A stretch of DNA of 64,000 nucleotides from an uncultured Chthonomonadaceae bacterium. GTDB taxonomy: Bacteria; Armatimonadota; Chthonomonadetes; Chthonomonadales; Chthonomonadaceae. Under the pieces are notes generated by a model that saw only the letters and a list, made by a program, of their open reading frames with translations, had not been told where the DNA came from and ran no database searches. Both the position numbers and the translations under genes were made by a program. The stretch spans positions 416,001 through 480,000 of the forward strand of contig CAWFQB010000001.1 of NCBI GenBank assembly GCA_963817895.1, written 5' to 3'. How positions within the stretch are numbered: the stretch's first letter is position 1; each line of letters begins with the position of its first letter. This document shows, piece after piece, positions 51,741-62,767 of this stretch.

Positions 51741-51794
51741 GATTCACTCCTTAAAAGGGAAAGGGAAAAGAAATTGTTCATGCCTCTTCCCTCC

Positions 51795-52685
51795 TTAAAT
51801 ATCGCGCTTCTGAAACAGCGCGACGCCGATAAGAAAAACAACGACAATGTAGACCAGAACATACACGATGTCCAGATGGGCGAAATTCAGATGCGTTTGA
51901 CCCCAGTTGGTTAGAAACTCCGGCGATTGCCATTGGCCGAAGCCGCGTCCGCTCAGGGAGGGCAAAATCAGGGGTTCAACCTGCCCCTCAACCCACCAGC
52001 CGACATAGCCCTGCGGCACAACCAGGCCGACAGCATCGGCAATCCACCGCAAAATGTCCACATCGTATTGATTTCCCAGCGCGTTGAAAATGCCGTCGAA
52101 CCAGGCCAACGCGCCCAGAGTCACGGCGATAACGGTTCCGAACAAACGCGGCGCAGCCGTGGAAATGGTCAGGGTGACGGTGGAAAGCAGCACGGGAAAC
52201 AACGTGAGCAGCGGGCCGGCGCGCAAAATGGCGCTGACATCCACGCCGCATTGCTGATTAAACGACACCCATACCATGAACGTCCAAACAAGGGTACTGC
52301 ATACCAGAATGATATTGATACCGATCCACTTGCCGAGCAGGATTTGCCAGCGCGGTACGGGCTTGGGCAAAATCACAGACATCAACCCGCTTTCGATTTC
52401 GCCGGAAATAGCTCCGCCCGCCAGCAGAGCGGAAAACAACGCGCCGAGCGACTTGATGGAGGAGAGACAGAGCGATATGATAATAGCGCGACCAGAAATC
52501 GCGTTCATGCTGTAGCGCACGGGGTTGATACGTCCGATAGCCAGCATGTGGTCATTATGGCGCTGCATCGGTATGAGCATAAAGGACACTCCCAGTACCA
52601 GCAACCCCATCAGCAGCGCTCCGAACAGCGTCCGCCGCCGCACCGCTTCTTTCAATGTCAAACCCGCAATCGTAAAAACAGCCAT
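51795..52685 (-). CDS. ABC-2 type transporter permease
   Basis: TLKEAVRRR, ISGEIESG...ILPKPVPRWQILLGKWIG. Confidence 0.88.
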   Translation of the reverse strand: MAVFTIAGLTLKEAVRRRTLFGALLMGLLVLGVSFMLIPMQRHNDHMLAIGRINPVRYSMNAISGRAIIISLCLSSIKSLGALFSALLAGGAISGEIESGLMSVILPKPVPRWQILLGKWIGINIILVCSTLVWTFMVWVSFNQQCGVDVSAILRAGPLLTLFPVLLSTVTLTISTAAPRLFGTVIAVTLGALAWFDGIFNALGNQYDVDILRWIADAVGLVVPQGYVGWWVEGQVEPLILPSLSGRGFGQWQSPEFLTNWGQTHLNFAHLDIVYVLVYIVVVFLIGVALFQKRDI

Positions 52686-52725
52686 GTGCGCGGCTATGCC
52701 TTTCTAAATAACATGTCCTGAGTAG

Positions 52726-52771
52726 CCCTCAACCCCTAACCCCTTCTCCCAAAAAAGCCTGGGAGAAAGGG
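52726..52771. repeat. Solitary REP-like hairpin related to the DUF559-flanking repeats
   Basis: ccctcaacccctaaccccttctccc...gggagaaaggg. Confidence 0.55.
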
Positions 52772-53138
52772 AACTTGTGAAGTTTAACGCGAAGCAAGCA
52801 GTAGTTTTATTGTACCGCGTTCTGTTTCCCTGTCTGGCATTTCCGTGAAAAATGCCGGTGTTCGGGTATTCAGATCTTCAGGTCTTCGGCAGGCATACCA
52901 AAGTTAACTTTGCGCAGAATGAACCGAATTGCATGGACATGGAACAAAAGAGAACGCATATTAAGGAAGGAATCCTTCTGCTGTAGACGCAATTTAGAAG
53001 CGCAACGGTGTCACCAAACTCCGTCCGCGCCCGTATATCGTTACAATGCAGAAGATGGAAGACGGAAGACAGAAGACAGACGCCTAACAACCTAACAACT
53101 AACAACCTAACAACCTAGTTGAAGGAAAGAGTAAGTCC

Positions 53139-54731
53139 ATGCCGATGATGTTCAATTCCCAGGAAGATCACTCTCAGGAGAACCAGGCGCAGGCGGGGGC
53201 GCAGGAGCGCCGCTACGACCCGGAAACGCTGCAAAAAGTGGCTGTGCTTGCCACCCGCTTGCAGCACGAACACCAGGAACAGCCCACAATTCACGAGCAT
53301 TTGACGGCAGGCCAGATGGAAGCAATCGGCCTGGAAGTGGGACTGCGCCCGGAATTCGTGCAGCAGGCGCTTGCGCAACTGGAAGAGGACCGCATCCGGC
53401 TTGAGCAGGAGAAACAGCGGCAGGATGGGGAAGAAAAGCAACGTCAGGAACAACTCGCCGAACAGCGCCGCCTGCATGAACAGACGACGCTGCACAAAAC
53501 CGCGCTGCAAACCCAAACGAAGGCCGGAAACGCGGAATTCTATTCCGCCTGCGCCGCGATGGCGATTCCGTTCGTGTTCGGGTTTCTGGCCTGGCACTTC
53601 AAAAGCACGCAATGGATGGGCGGCCTTGTCACGGACGGCTATTCGCATCCCATTACGGTCGCGCGCCCCGGAATGTTGGCCGGGTTCACGCTGATCACGC
53701 CCGCGCCTCTCGCCCTGATGATGGGTTTTCTGGCGGGAAAAAGACGGGTCGCGTTTGCCGCGTCTATGGCGCTGCTTTTGACGCTCGCGCCCAGCTTCCC
53801 CTTTCTGGCGGAAACCAGCCAGAGCTACTATTACACGCTGACACACCTTGCCGGCTCCGGCTTTGTGGATATGTTCGCGTATGTTATGCTCGGCCTGCCC
53901 ATCGTGGGCCTGATGGCGGTGGCGGGAGCCTGGGCGCGTAAAACCTATTTCCCGTTCGGCGGCAAATCGCGCGACAATGCCGACGCGCATTCGGTACAGC
54001 ATAAGGAGTACGCCCCGCAGCAAGTCGCGCCCGTCCCCTCACAGCCGTATATGCAGAATATGGCCGCGCAGCCCTACGCGCAAAATATGACGGGACAATC
54101 GTATGCGCAGAACGTGGCGGCGCAGCCCTATATGCACAATACGGCGGCGCAGCCGTATGCGCAGAACGTGGCGACGCAACCGTATGCGCAAACGCAGCCG
54201 CCGGTTCCGCGCTACGACCCCGCGCAGGCTCCCATGCAGGCCACGCCCAATTTGCGGCAGAATCATCGCGCTTATCTCAGTCTGGATGTGAGCGATAAGG
54301 AAAAACTGCGGCAAAGCGCAACTCTGGTAGCCGTAGACTACTCCTTCAAGCAGTTCCGTTCGTGGGTGGAGGAGATTGCGCGCGGCTGCGGGGGCGAAAT
54401 GGAAGCGGGCGTCAATCTCATGGCGACCTTCCCCACAGACGCGCAGGCGATGCGGGCCGCCCGGCTGTTGCAGGAGCGCCTGCCGCAATTCAACCAATCG
54501 CTCAACCGCCTGCCCCTGCCGTTCCAACTGCGGGCGGCGGTAAGCGCGGGCGAGGCGGGTTTTCACCCCGCGTCACAGCGCAGCGCGGCCCTGCTCCGCG
54601 CCGCAAGTCCCGGCGACACGATTATCAGCAGCGAAGTGGGCGCGGCGGCCCTTGCCGAATTGGGACAACTCACGCCCGCGCCGTCTTCCCTGATGGGCGA
54701 TATGGCGTTTGTCTGGAAAAGGCAGGGTTGA
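53139..54731 (+). CDS. Membrane protein with Gln-rich 9-aa repeats and a degenerate class III nucleotide-cyclase-like C-terminal domain
   Basis: Four TM segments; (A)QPY(A/M)QN repeats; YLSLDV...MATFPT..QAMRAARLLQ...LRAAVSAG pattern. Confidence 0.7.
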   Translation: MPMMFNSQEDHSQENQAQAGAQERRYDPETLQKVAVLATRLQHEHQEQPTIHEHLTAGQMEAIGLEVGLRPEFVQQALAQLEEDRIRLEQEKQRQDGEEKQRQEQLAEQRRLHEQTTLHKTALQTQTKAGNAEFYSACAAMAIPFVFGFLAWHFKSTQWMGGLVTDGYSHPITVARPGMLAGFTLITPAPLALMMGFLAGKRRVAFAASMALLLTLAPSFPFLAETSQSYYYTLTHLAGSGFVDMFAYVMLGLPIVGLMAVAGAWARKTYFPFGGKSRDNADAHSVQHKEYAPQQVAPVPSQPYMQNMAAQPYAQNMTGQSYAQNVAAQPYMHNTAAQPYAQNVATQPYAQTQPPVPRYDPAQAPMQATPNLRQNHRAYLSLDVSDKEKLRQSATLVAVDYSFKQFRSWVEEIARGCGGEMEAGVNLMATFPTDAQAMRAARLLQERLPQFNQSLNRLPLPFQLRAAVSAGEAGFHPASQRSAALLRAASPGDTIISSEVGAAALAELGQLTPAPSSLMGDMAFVWKRQG

Positions 54732-54882
54732 GAAAAAACAGGCTTTGAAAAATTGTTCCCGCCTGCTGCTATGCGTGGTAGGACGGGAACCATTTGCGCG
54801 TCTTATCTGTCGCGTCAGCGGCGAATTGTTCCGGCAAGTTTGTGAGAGGGCATAGTCCCCATTAGAAAAGGAATTGCGTTAT

Positions 54883-56094
54883 ATGAAACGTTCGTATTTG
54901 CTTGCTCCCGTCGCAGTAGTGGGATTGTGGAGTCTGGCCGGGTGCGGTGGGCCAAGAACGCAGCCTGCTCCCATGGCCCCGCCCGTCGCGCAATCCGCGC
55001 CGATGAATGGAAACATGAATGGCGGCATGAATGGCAACATGAATGGGGGAATGAACGGCGGCATGGGCGGCAACATGCCCGTCAGCAATCAGCGGGGCGG
55101 CGTGTACAACTGGCAGGATGTGCCTGTAAATCAGCAGGTCGGCATCCAGAGCGCCCAGTTCGATCAGGGCGGCTACCAGTTGATTACCGATAGCGGCGAT
55201 ACCATCGTCGTGCCGTTCGCCAACCAGAATTTATACGTGATGAAGTTCGGGCGAACGAATGGGCAGCCGTATTTCGTCAACGAGGGCGGCGCTCCGACGC
55301 TGTACCTGTCGCAGAACTTCGGGCTGGCGAACGCCAACGCGCAGGGCGCATTATGGTATCCCATTCCTGCCAATTACAATTATACGCGCCCGATGTATGT
55401 GGGGCTGGCTCCCACCTGGAGCGATTACATGGGTATGGGCTGGTATCCGGGCATGAGGATGTACGGCGGCATGTACGGCTACAACCCCGGCAGTTTTGTC
55501 TGGATGCCCGGATTCAACATCAACATCGGCGGAAGCCCCTATTATGGCTGGAATTCGTACCATTCGTACTACATGGGCCATCCCGGTTATTACCGTCCGA
55601 GCGTGGTGTACAACAATTACAATACGGCTCCGCGTGGAACCGGTTCCTACCGCTACACAGGTTCCTACGGCAACAACGGGCGCAATGCGGGTTCTTTCGG
55701 CAGCCGTCCCTCTACGTCTACGGGTTCTTTCGGCAGCCGTCCGTCCGGTTCGACCGGCTCGTTTGGCAGCCGACCTTCGGGAACGTTCGGTTCTCGGCCT
55801 ACGGGCGCGTTCGGCAATAGTGGCGGCAGTACCGGTTCCTTTGGCGGCGCGCGTCCCACTTTTAATAGTGGAACCTCGTCTCCGTCCGGCGGAACTTTTG
55901 GCAGCCGTCCGTCAAGTGGCTCTTTCGGCAGCCGTCCGTCAAGTGGCTCTTTCGGCAGCGGGGGAGGCGGTTACTCCTCGCGGCCTACGCGCAGCAGCGG
56001 CGGTTCTTTCGGCGGCGGTTCGGTGAGTCGGCCCTCCGGCGGCGGCTCGTTCAGCCGACCTTCCGGCGGCGGTTCCTTTGGGCGGCGGCGGTAG
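54883..56094 (+). CDS. Lipoprotein with Gly/Ser-rich low-complexity tail
   Basis: Lipobox LAGC; repeated GSFGSRPS units. Confidence 0.8.
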   Translation: MKRSYLLAPVAVVGLWSLAGCGGPRTQPAPMAPPVAQSAPMNGNMNGGMNGNMNGGMNGGMGGNMPVSNQRGGVYNWQDVPVNQQVGIQSAQFDQGGYQLITDSGDTIVVPFANQNLYVMKFGRTNGQPYFVNEGGAPTLYLSQNFGLANANAQGALWYPIPANYNYTRPMYVGLAPTWSDYMGMGWYPGMRMYGGMYGYNPGSFVWMPGFNINIGGSPYYGWNSYHSYYMGHPGYYRPSVVYNNYNTAPRGTGSYRYTGSYGNNGRNAGSFGSRPSTSTGSFGSRPSGSTGSFGSRPSGTFGSRPTGAFGNSGGSTGSFGGARPTFNSGTSSPSGGTFGSRPSSGSFGSRPSSGSFGSGGGGYSSRPTRSSGGSFGGGSVSRPSGGGSFSRPSGGGSFGRRR

Positions 56095-56096
56095 GG

Positions 56097-56382
56097 TTTA
56101 CCTCACCGGGCGTCCACTTGTGGACACGGCCCCTCTCCTAGCCGCGCAACGCGCCAGGAGAGGGGAGAACGTAATTGGTAGTCTTCGCCAACTGCGTAAT
56201 GTATTTTACGCAGTGAGAGCAATGCGCGTATGTTTTACAGCCACATGCGAGTCCTGATCAATGCTCAACGCGTTCAAATTACCGGTTGGCAGGAAGGTGT
56301 GAATGAATAGCCTCCCCTCTCCTGGCGCGTTGCGCGACTAGGAGAGGGGCCGTGTCCACAAGTGGACGCCCGGTGAGGTAAA
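56097..56382. repeat. Inverted pair of 71-bp REP-like repeats (56097-56167 and 56312-56382)
   Basis: One mismatch between arms; each arm has internal hairpins gtccacttgtggac and cccctctcct...aggagagggg. Confidence 0.9.
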
Positions 56383-56495
56383 AACCGTAAGCATTTCTGA
56401 AACCGGCAAAAATTGGCAGCGTAGTGGGGATGGGAGCCGCGCAGAGCGCGCTGGCGGCGTAAAATGAGCGGAATGGCTCAGGAGATTAGAAGACT

Positions 56496-58979
56496 GTGCT
56501 GCAAGTAAATCCTCCAATTTATCGCGGGGCGCATCGGGGCAAAGCGCGGTTTGCCACGCTGCTGGTACTGACCGCAATGGCATCGGGCGGCGTGTATGCG
56601 TATCGCCATTTCTTTCATCGCGGCGGGGAAGCCGCCACGCAGTTGATTCCCGCCGACGCGCTTGTTGTCGTCACCCTTGACGCCGTGCCGTCTGCCGGAC
56701 AGGTGGGAGTGTTCAAGCGCATTGCCGATGCCTGCCGCGCCGAACATCTGGATACCACGCTGGAAGACATGATTGGCCGCGCGCAGGGCAGTTCACCCCT
56801 TGCGCGGGATATGCGTCCGTTTGCGGTCGGGAGCGCGGCGTATGCGCTGCTGAAAACCGGCAACAACAACGCGGCAGGCATTGGCGGTATGGGAATCGCG
56901 CCGCAGGGCGATAATGCGTGGTTTGTGGCGGTCAGCGACGCGGGCAAGGTTCAGGACGTTTTGAACCGGGACGCGCAGAAGAGCGCGGCGAACGGTCTGG
57001 ACTACTACACGGTCGGGGGCGAAACGCGCTGCATGGCCGTAATGGGCAATTATCTGGTGACAGCCGACAAGCCGGAAGATTTGACCCGCATCGAGGCCGC
57101 GCGCCGGGGAGAAACGCCCGCGATTGCCACCCTTGCCGATTATCAGCAGGCGCGAACCGCCCTCCCGCCCGATAGCAACATGATGCTGTTTGTGTCCGCC
57201 GGAGCGCTCACTCCCAACCAACAAAATGGACAAAACGGGCAAGGCGGAAACAACACTTCTTCCGGCAGTCTGCTGCAGGGCGTTCGCAACCCGATGCAGC
57301 GGACGCGCTATATGGCAATGGGCTTTGCTATTCACGACAGGGGGATTGACAGCGTGATGCTGATGCCTGCCGAACCGCCGACGGGAGCGGACGGGCAGGC
57401 AATCAGCCACATCGCGCCTTTCGATACCAATCTGTTCAGTAAAATGCCGGGGGGCGCGTATGGAATCCTCGCGCTGTCGCAGCCCGGAAAGTATTACCAC
57501 TACGCGAACGCGCTGGCAAGCGTGGACAGCCATTTTCGGCAGTCACTCAATGAGGGTGTACACAGTTTCGAGCGGGAAACGGGGCTGAACCTGACACGGG
57601 ACGTTCTTCCCGGCGCAAACGGCAACGTGGCGCTGGCGATCTACCCGGACGCGGACAATCCACAGCAGAACGTGGACGGCCTGCTCGTGATGGATGACGC
57701 CAACGGAGCCGACCCCGCCGCCCTTGCGGATCGTATTCGCTCTTATGTGGAGCGCGAATCGGCGCGGCATGGCAGGCAGGCGTGGCGCTACACTTCAGAA
57801 AATCGCAATGGCGTTCTGATCTGGACGCTGAACCCGGAAGCGCAGGGAGAAGTACAGCGTTCGCTCGGCAACGGCGCGTCACAGATGGGGATCAGGGGGC
57901 AGGATTCAGGGGGCAGGGGTCAGGGCAATGCGCCGTTCAGCGCGGATAACCCGCCGATATTCGGCAATACGCCTGATGGCGGCAATCCGAATAGCAATGG
58001 GAACAACGGGCCGGATAACGGGCGCGGCAACAACAGCAACAGCGGCGGTGACAATCACGACGGCGCGAACAACAACGCTAACGGCAGCAACAGCAACGGC
58101 GGTAACAGTAGTGACAACAGTAACGCGGGGGGCGTGGACCGGCGCGGCGACAATGGCAGCCTGCTGAACAGCGGCGGCAGCAGTCGGCAAAGCAGCGATG
58201 TGGATGTGCATATTCATGGCAGCAGTGACGGGCGCGTTTATGATGACACGTTCGACCTGCATCACGGCGCGGATCGGGTTCACGCCGACCACAACGGCGT
58301 GGATGTGCGGACAGGCGAGGGCGATTCCCTGCGTATCAATCGCAACGGCCTGAGCCTCCGTTCCCATGACGGCGACCACGTAGAAATCAACCCGCATGGC
58401 GTGGACATTCATGCCCATGATAACGGAACCGGGCAAAATGGGAATACGTCCAACGGTTCACAGGCCAGCAACGCGCCGAACGGCTCAGCCCCGAACGGCA
58501 CAGTCCAACCGACAATGCGCGGCAATGTAACCCCGCCTGCCCAACCGGACGCGGGCATACAGCAGGCCATGCGCAACAAAACCGTCGCGTACGCGCAAAT
58601 CGGGCACGTTTTGCTGGTGGCGTCCTCCCTTCATACGCTGGATCGGGCCATTGCCGCGTACCAGAACGGCAGCAACACGATGGCGACCGATCCCGGCTAC
58701 GGGCAGATGCGGCAGCAGATGACAGGGGGCGCGCAAAATGCTATACTGATTAACCTGCCCGCTATTCTGGAAGCGGCGCGTCCGGCACTGACGCAGACAC
58801 TCGGCAGCGCGAACGCGGGTATCAGCGCGGACGATATTCTGCATCTTGCCGGTGACGCGGGCAACGGCCTTGTTTTCACGCAGCAGTACGACGGCAACAC
58901 CTTCAAAGTCACCTGCTTCCTGCCGGTGGATTATGAGAAGGCGATACATGTTATGGGAGGTAGATGGGTAGGTAGGTAG
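56496..58979 (+). CDS. DUF3352-like membrane-anchored protein with Asn/Gly/His-rich insertion
   Basis: N-terminal TM helix then AATQLIPADALVVV; internal two-fold repeat (LVTADK.../LLVASS...); long low-complexity insert. Confidence 0.65.
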   Translation: MLQVNPPIYRGAHRGKARFATLLVLTAMASGGVYAYRHFFHRGGEAATQLIPADALVVVTLDAVPSAGQVGVFKRIADACRAEHLDTTLEDMIGRAQGSSPLARDMRPFAVGSAAYALLKTGNNNAAGIGGMGIAPQGDNAWFVAVSDAGKVQDVLNRDAQKSAANGLDYYTVGGETRCMAVMGNYLVTADKPEDLTRIEAARRGETPAIATLADYQQARTALPPDSNMMLFVSAGALTPNQQNGQNGQGGNNTSSGSLLQGVRNPMQRTRYMAMGFAIHDRGIDSVMLMPAEPPTGADGQAISHIAPFDTNLFSKMPGGAYGILALSQPGKYYHYANALASVDSHFRQSLNEGVHSFERETGLNLTRDVLPGANGNVALAIYPDADNPQQNVDGLLVMDDANGADPAALADRIRSYVERESARHGRQAWRYTSENRNGVLIWTLNPEAQGEVQRSLGNGASQMGIRGQDSGGRGQGNAPFSADNPPIFGNTPDGGNPNSNGNNGPDNGRGNNSNSGGDNHDGANNNANGSNSNGGNSSDNSNAGGVDRRGDNGSLLNSGGSSRQSSDVDVHIHGSSDGRVYDDTFDLHHGADRVHADHNGVDVRTGEGDSLRINRNGLSLRSHDGDHVEINPHGVDIHAHDNGTGQNGNTSNGSQASNAPNGSAPNGTVQPTMRGNVTPPAQPDAGIQQAMRNKTVAYAQIGHVLLVASSLHTLDRAIAAYQNGSNTMATDPGYGQMRQQMTGGAQNAILINLPAILEAARPALTQTLGSANAGISADDILHLAGDAGNGLVFTQQYDGNTFKVTCFLPVDYEKAIHVMGGRWVGR

Positions 58980-59090
58980 ATAGGTAGATAGGTAGGGAAC
59001 TCGTTTTTACAAGAGATTACATGCTGCACAGCTTAGTTCTACCTATCTACCCATCTACCTACCTACCCATCTACCTCCGGGGACTTTCTC

Positions 59091-59537
59091 TTGAATAATG
59101 TCGTATTTAATACGGGGGGCGATTGGGACAGCACGACGCTGTTCAACAATGGCATGGAAGTAATGGCCGCGCAGATGTTCATCGAACTTCATGCGGGGCG
59201 CGATTGGAACGGGATGCCGGCGCGGGGCGGCGTGTCGGATGGCGGGGATATTACCGCCATTATTCGCCCGCAGGACAACCCGGACGCGGAAATCGGCATT
59301 TTCCCCGGACGGTTGGAGATGAGTTTTCCCGGCCACAGCCTGCTCATGGAGAACATGCACCCCGGCTTTCAGTTTGAATTTACGCGCATTGTCTACAACG
59401 GGCAAGACGTGACGCGGAACGTGGTAGACATCTACGTAGACATCAACGCCGTAGACAACGTGGTACAGGCGTACATCACCCTGTACAAAGCGCACTGGTT
59501 CGGCTCCGATGAGGTCGCGACGTACAATATTATATGA
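59091..59537 (+). CDS. Hypothetical beta-rich protein
   Basis: 148-aa ORF with host-like codon usage, TTG start. Confidence 0.7.
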   Translation: MNNVVFNTGGDWDSTTLFNNGMEVMAAQMFIELHAGRDWNGMPARGGVSDGGDITAIIRPQDNPDAEIGIFPGRLEMSFPGHSLLMENMHPGFQFEFTRIVYNGQDVTRNVVDIYVDINAVDNVVQAYITLYKAHWFGSDEVATYNII

Positions 59538-59619
59538 GTGAGTGTGGAGAGTGAAGAGTGAGAGTAAACAGGTCTTGTTCTCTCACTCTCACTCTCCACT
59601 CTCCACTTGCGAGGAAACA

Positions 59620-60321
<702 letters not shown>

Positions 60322-60427
60322 ATGCCTGCGCACTCCTAAATATCTGCGGCATAGAAACAGCCTTGCAGGGATGGGTTCTTCTACTGACTACTGTCTACTG
60401 TCTACTGTCTACTGTCGGAGACTCATC

Positions 60428-60991
60428 GTGTTCGGCAAACCTTCGCAGAATAATCCCGGCGGGCGCGGCCCGGCGGGGCATCCGTCAAATAATGGGCAAA
60501 GCGGAACTACGCGGCCTCCGGTTGCGGATGAGGCGCAGATACAGGGCGGCGGGCTGGCGCAGATCATTGTTACCGCGCAAACGCCGCTGACGTATTATCT
60601 GTTTCTGAACGATCAGTTCGTGTCGCAGATGGACATTGAGAGCCTGAATGTCGCCATTGAAGCGCCATCCGATACCGAGGCGGGCAGCGGCGTAATTCGC
60701 GCCACATTGGCGCGGTATGTGGACGCTATTACGGGCGGCAAGACCGTGCAGCGAACGGAACTGTTCCCGTGTACGCTGGAAATTGTCGCGCAAAAACGCC
60801 GCCTGTCCGTTATCTGTCAGGACCCGAACACGTTTGATGGCCTGTTCCTCACCGTAGGATTACAGCCGGATGGCAACAGCCGCGACCTGAATGGCGTTCA
60901 ATCCCTCACGGTGCTGCTGACGGAGGGGCTGTTCGACGCGAAAATCGTCTGGAACGACGGGCTGACGGAGAGCGTGTTTCCGCAGAGCTGA
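60428..60991 (+). CDS. Hypothetical protein
   Basis: GGAG RBS before GTG; host-like codon usage. Confidence 0.7.
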   Translation: MFGKPSQNNPGGRGPAGHPSNNGQSGTTRPPVADEAQIQGGGLAQIIVTAQTPLTYYLFLNDQFVSQMDIESLNVAIEAPSDTEAGSGVIRATLARYVDAITGGKTVQRTELFPCTLEIVAQKRRLSVICQDPNTFDGLFLTVGLQPDGNSRDLNGVQSLTVLLTEGLFDAKIVWNDGLTESVFPQS

Positions 60992-61221
60992 TGCAGAAAA
61001 AGCGCATTCTGTGGTTCCGCGTGATATAATGGCGTAACGAAGTGGGCAACGTGACGTACAATGAATATGTCACGCTGTTTGCGTTTGCGCGAAAGCTCCC
61101 GTAAAAAGCGCATCTGCGCAGGTCGGCGCGGCATGTAACAAAACCGCGCGTGCGGCGTCTTGATACGTATATCGCGTCAACAGGACTCGATTTGAACCTA
61201 TTTGGAAGAAGGCTGGATTTC

Positions 61222-62556
61222 ATGCCCTCCATACATTCTCTGATTTCAGATACCGCTTTAACCTCGCGCGGCGCGTTTCCTTCGGGTTCGCGCCACTCAT
61301 GTCCCTGGAAGGGCATGCTTGCTCTGTGCCTCGGTCTGGCTGTCATGTCGCGGCCATCGTGGGCATCGAGCGGGGAGAAAGCGTCCGGCGACACGGCCAA
61401 AACTGCTGTAGCAAAGGGCGCAAGCGCGGACGCCGGGGGCCGTCAAACGCCCCTGGCTGATCCGACGCCCGTAGACGATGGCGAAGTGAAACTGGGGCGC
61501 ATGAACGCCGAAGAGAATGACAGACAGGTCAAGCTGATTACCGACAGCAAGATTTTAGAGCGCGTGAACCGTATAGGCGGGGAACTGGCGCGTATCGCCA
61601 ACAACTACCCCATTCCCGCTACGTGGGGCAGTTCGCAATTGAAGCCGTTCAAGTACACCTTCAAAGTGGTGGACGACAAGGACGTGAACGCCTACTCGCT
61701 ACCGGGCGGGTTTATCTATGTTCACAAAGGCTTGATTGACGCCGTGCGCTCCGACGACGAACTGGCGGGCGTACTGGCGCACGAAATTGCCCACGCCGCG
61801 CACCATCATGTGCTGAAACTGATACGCGAACAGCGCAAGATTGATAACATCCTGATTCCTCTGGAAGCCCTTGCGGTCCTTGTGGCGGCAGGCAAGCGAG
61901 GACAGGGCGGGCAGACCGCGCAGCAGGCGCTGATGGCGGGGCAACTGTACACGACGGCCAAAGTGAACGGCTTCGGCATCGAAGCGGAGAAGGACGCCGA
62001 CCACGCGGGACTGCTGCTGATGACGCACTCGCGCTACAACCCCGTCGGATTGTACAGTTTTATGATTCGGCTGGCGCAATTGGAAAAATCGCGGGAACGC
62101 GGCGACCTGGGCATTTTCCGCACCCACCCGCCCGGCGCGGAGCGCGTCGAATCGGCAAAAGAATTGCTGGACAATCTCAACATTCCCATTCATCTGGCGG
62201 ATGTAGACCCTACGATCCGCGCTGTCGTCACGCCCGTCAAGGACAGCGGCATTGAAATGGCCGAAATCAAAATTCGCGGCATGGTCGTATGTCGAGTTAT
62301 CAGCGACGATGGGATTCCCGCAACGGAACGCGCCGCCGACATCGGCAAAAAACTGACCAAACTGCTGGATGATCGCTTGCAGCCGTTCGAGGTGAAAGTC
62401 AGTCGGGACGAGACGCGCATTATGGCGCGTAACCAAACGCTGTTTACGGACGCGGACGCCCACGCGCAAAACAAAACCATTGCCGAACTCGCGCGACAGA
62501 TTGCGGACGCGGTTTCACAAATCAGCCAGAAAGCGCAACTGGAAAACAATCCGTAG
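61222..62556 (+). CDS. M48-family zinc metalloprotease
   Basis: VNAYSLPGG, DELAGVLAHEIAH, EKDAD, THP..AER. Confidence 0.92.
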   Translation: MPSIHSLISDTALTSRGAFPSGSRHSCPWKGMLALCLGLAVMSRPSWASSGEKASGDTAKTAVAKGASADAGGRQTPLADPTPVDDGEVKLGRMNAEENDRQVKLITDSKILERVNRIGGELARIANNYPIPATWGSSQLKPFKYTFKVVDDKDVNAYSLPGGFIYVHKGLIDAVRSDDELAGVLAHEIAHAAHHHVLKLIREQRKIDNILIPLEALAVLVAAGKRGQGGQTAQQALMAGQLYTTAKVNGFGIEAEKDADHAGLLLMTHSRYNPVGLYSFMIRLAQLEKSRERGDLGIFRTHPPGAERVESAKELLDNLNIPIHLADVDPTIRAVVTPVKDSGIEMAEIKIRGMVVCRVISDDGIPATERAADIGKKLTKLLDDRLQPFEVKVSRDETRIMARNQTLFTDADAHAQNKTIAELARQIADAVSQISQKAQLENNP

Positions 62557-62589
62557 GCTTCAACAAATTCGGGATTGTGCCGTATGGTG

Positions 62590-62627
62590 AAAACACCCTG
62601 CAAGCGCGAACTTGCAGGGTGTTTTTT
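62590..62627 (+). terminator. Intrinsic terminator after the M48 gene
   Basis: aaaacaccctgcaag-cgcgaa-cttgcagggtgtttttt. Confidence 0.8.
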
Positions 62628-62767
62628 GCTGCTATGCCTGACGGGGTAGGACAAGTAGGAATTTCGATGTATTTCAGGGAACATAAACACGCTTTCGCAA
62701 CTCCCATACGTGGCTGTCAGTCGCAAGGCTAATTCCAGATGCCACTCACTGTAAATTTACGACTTCC

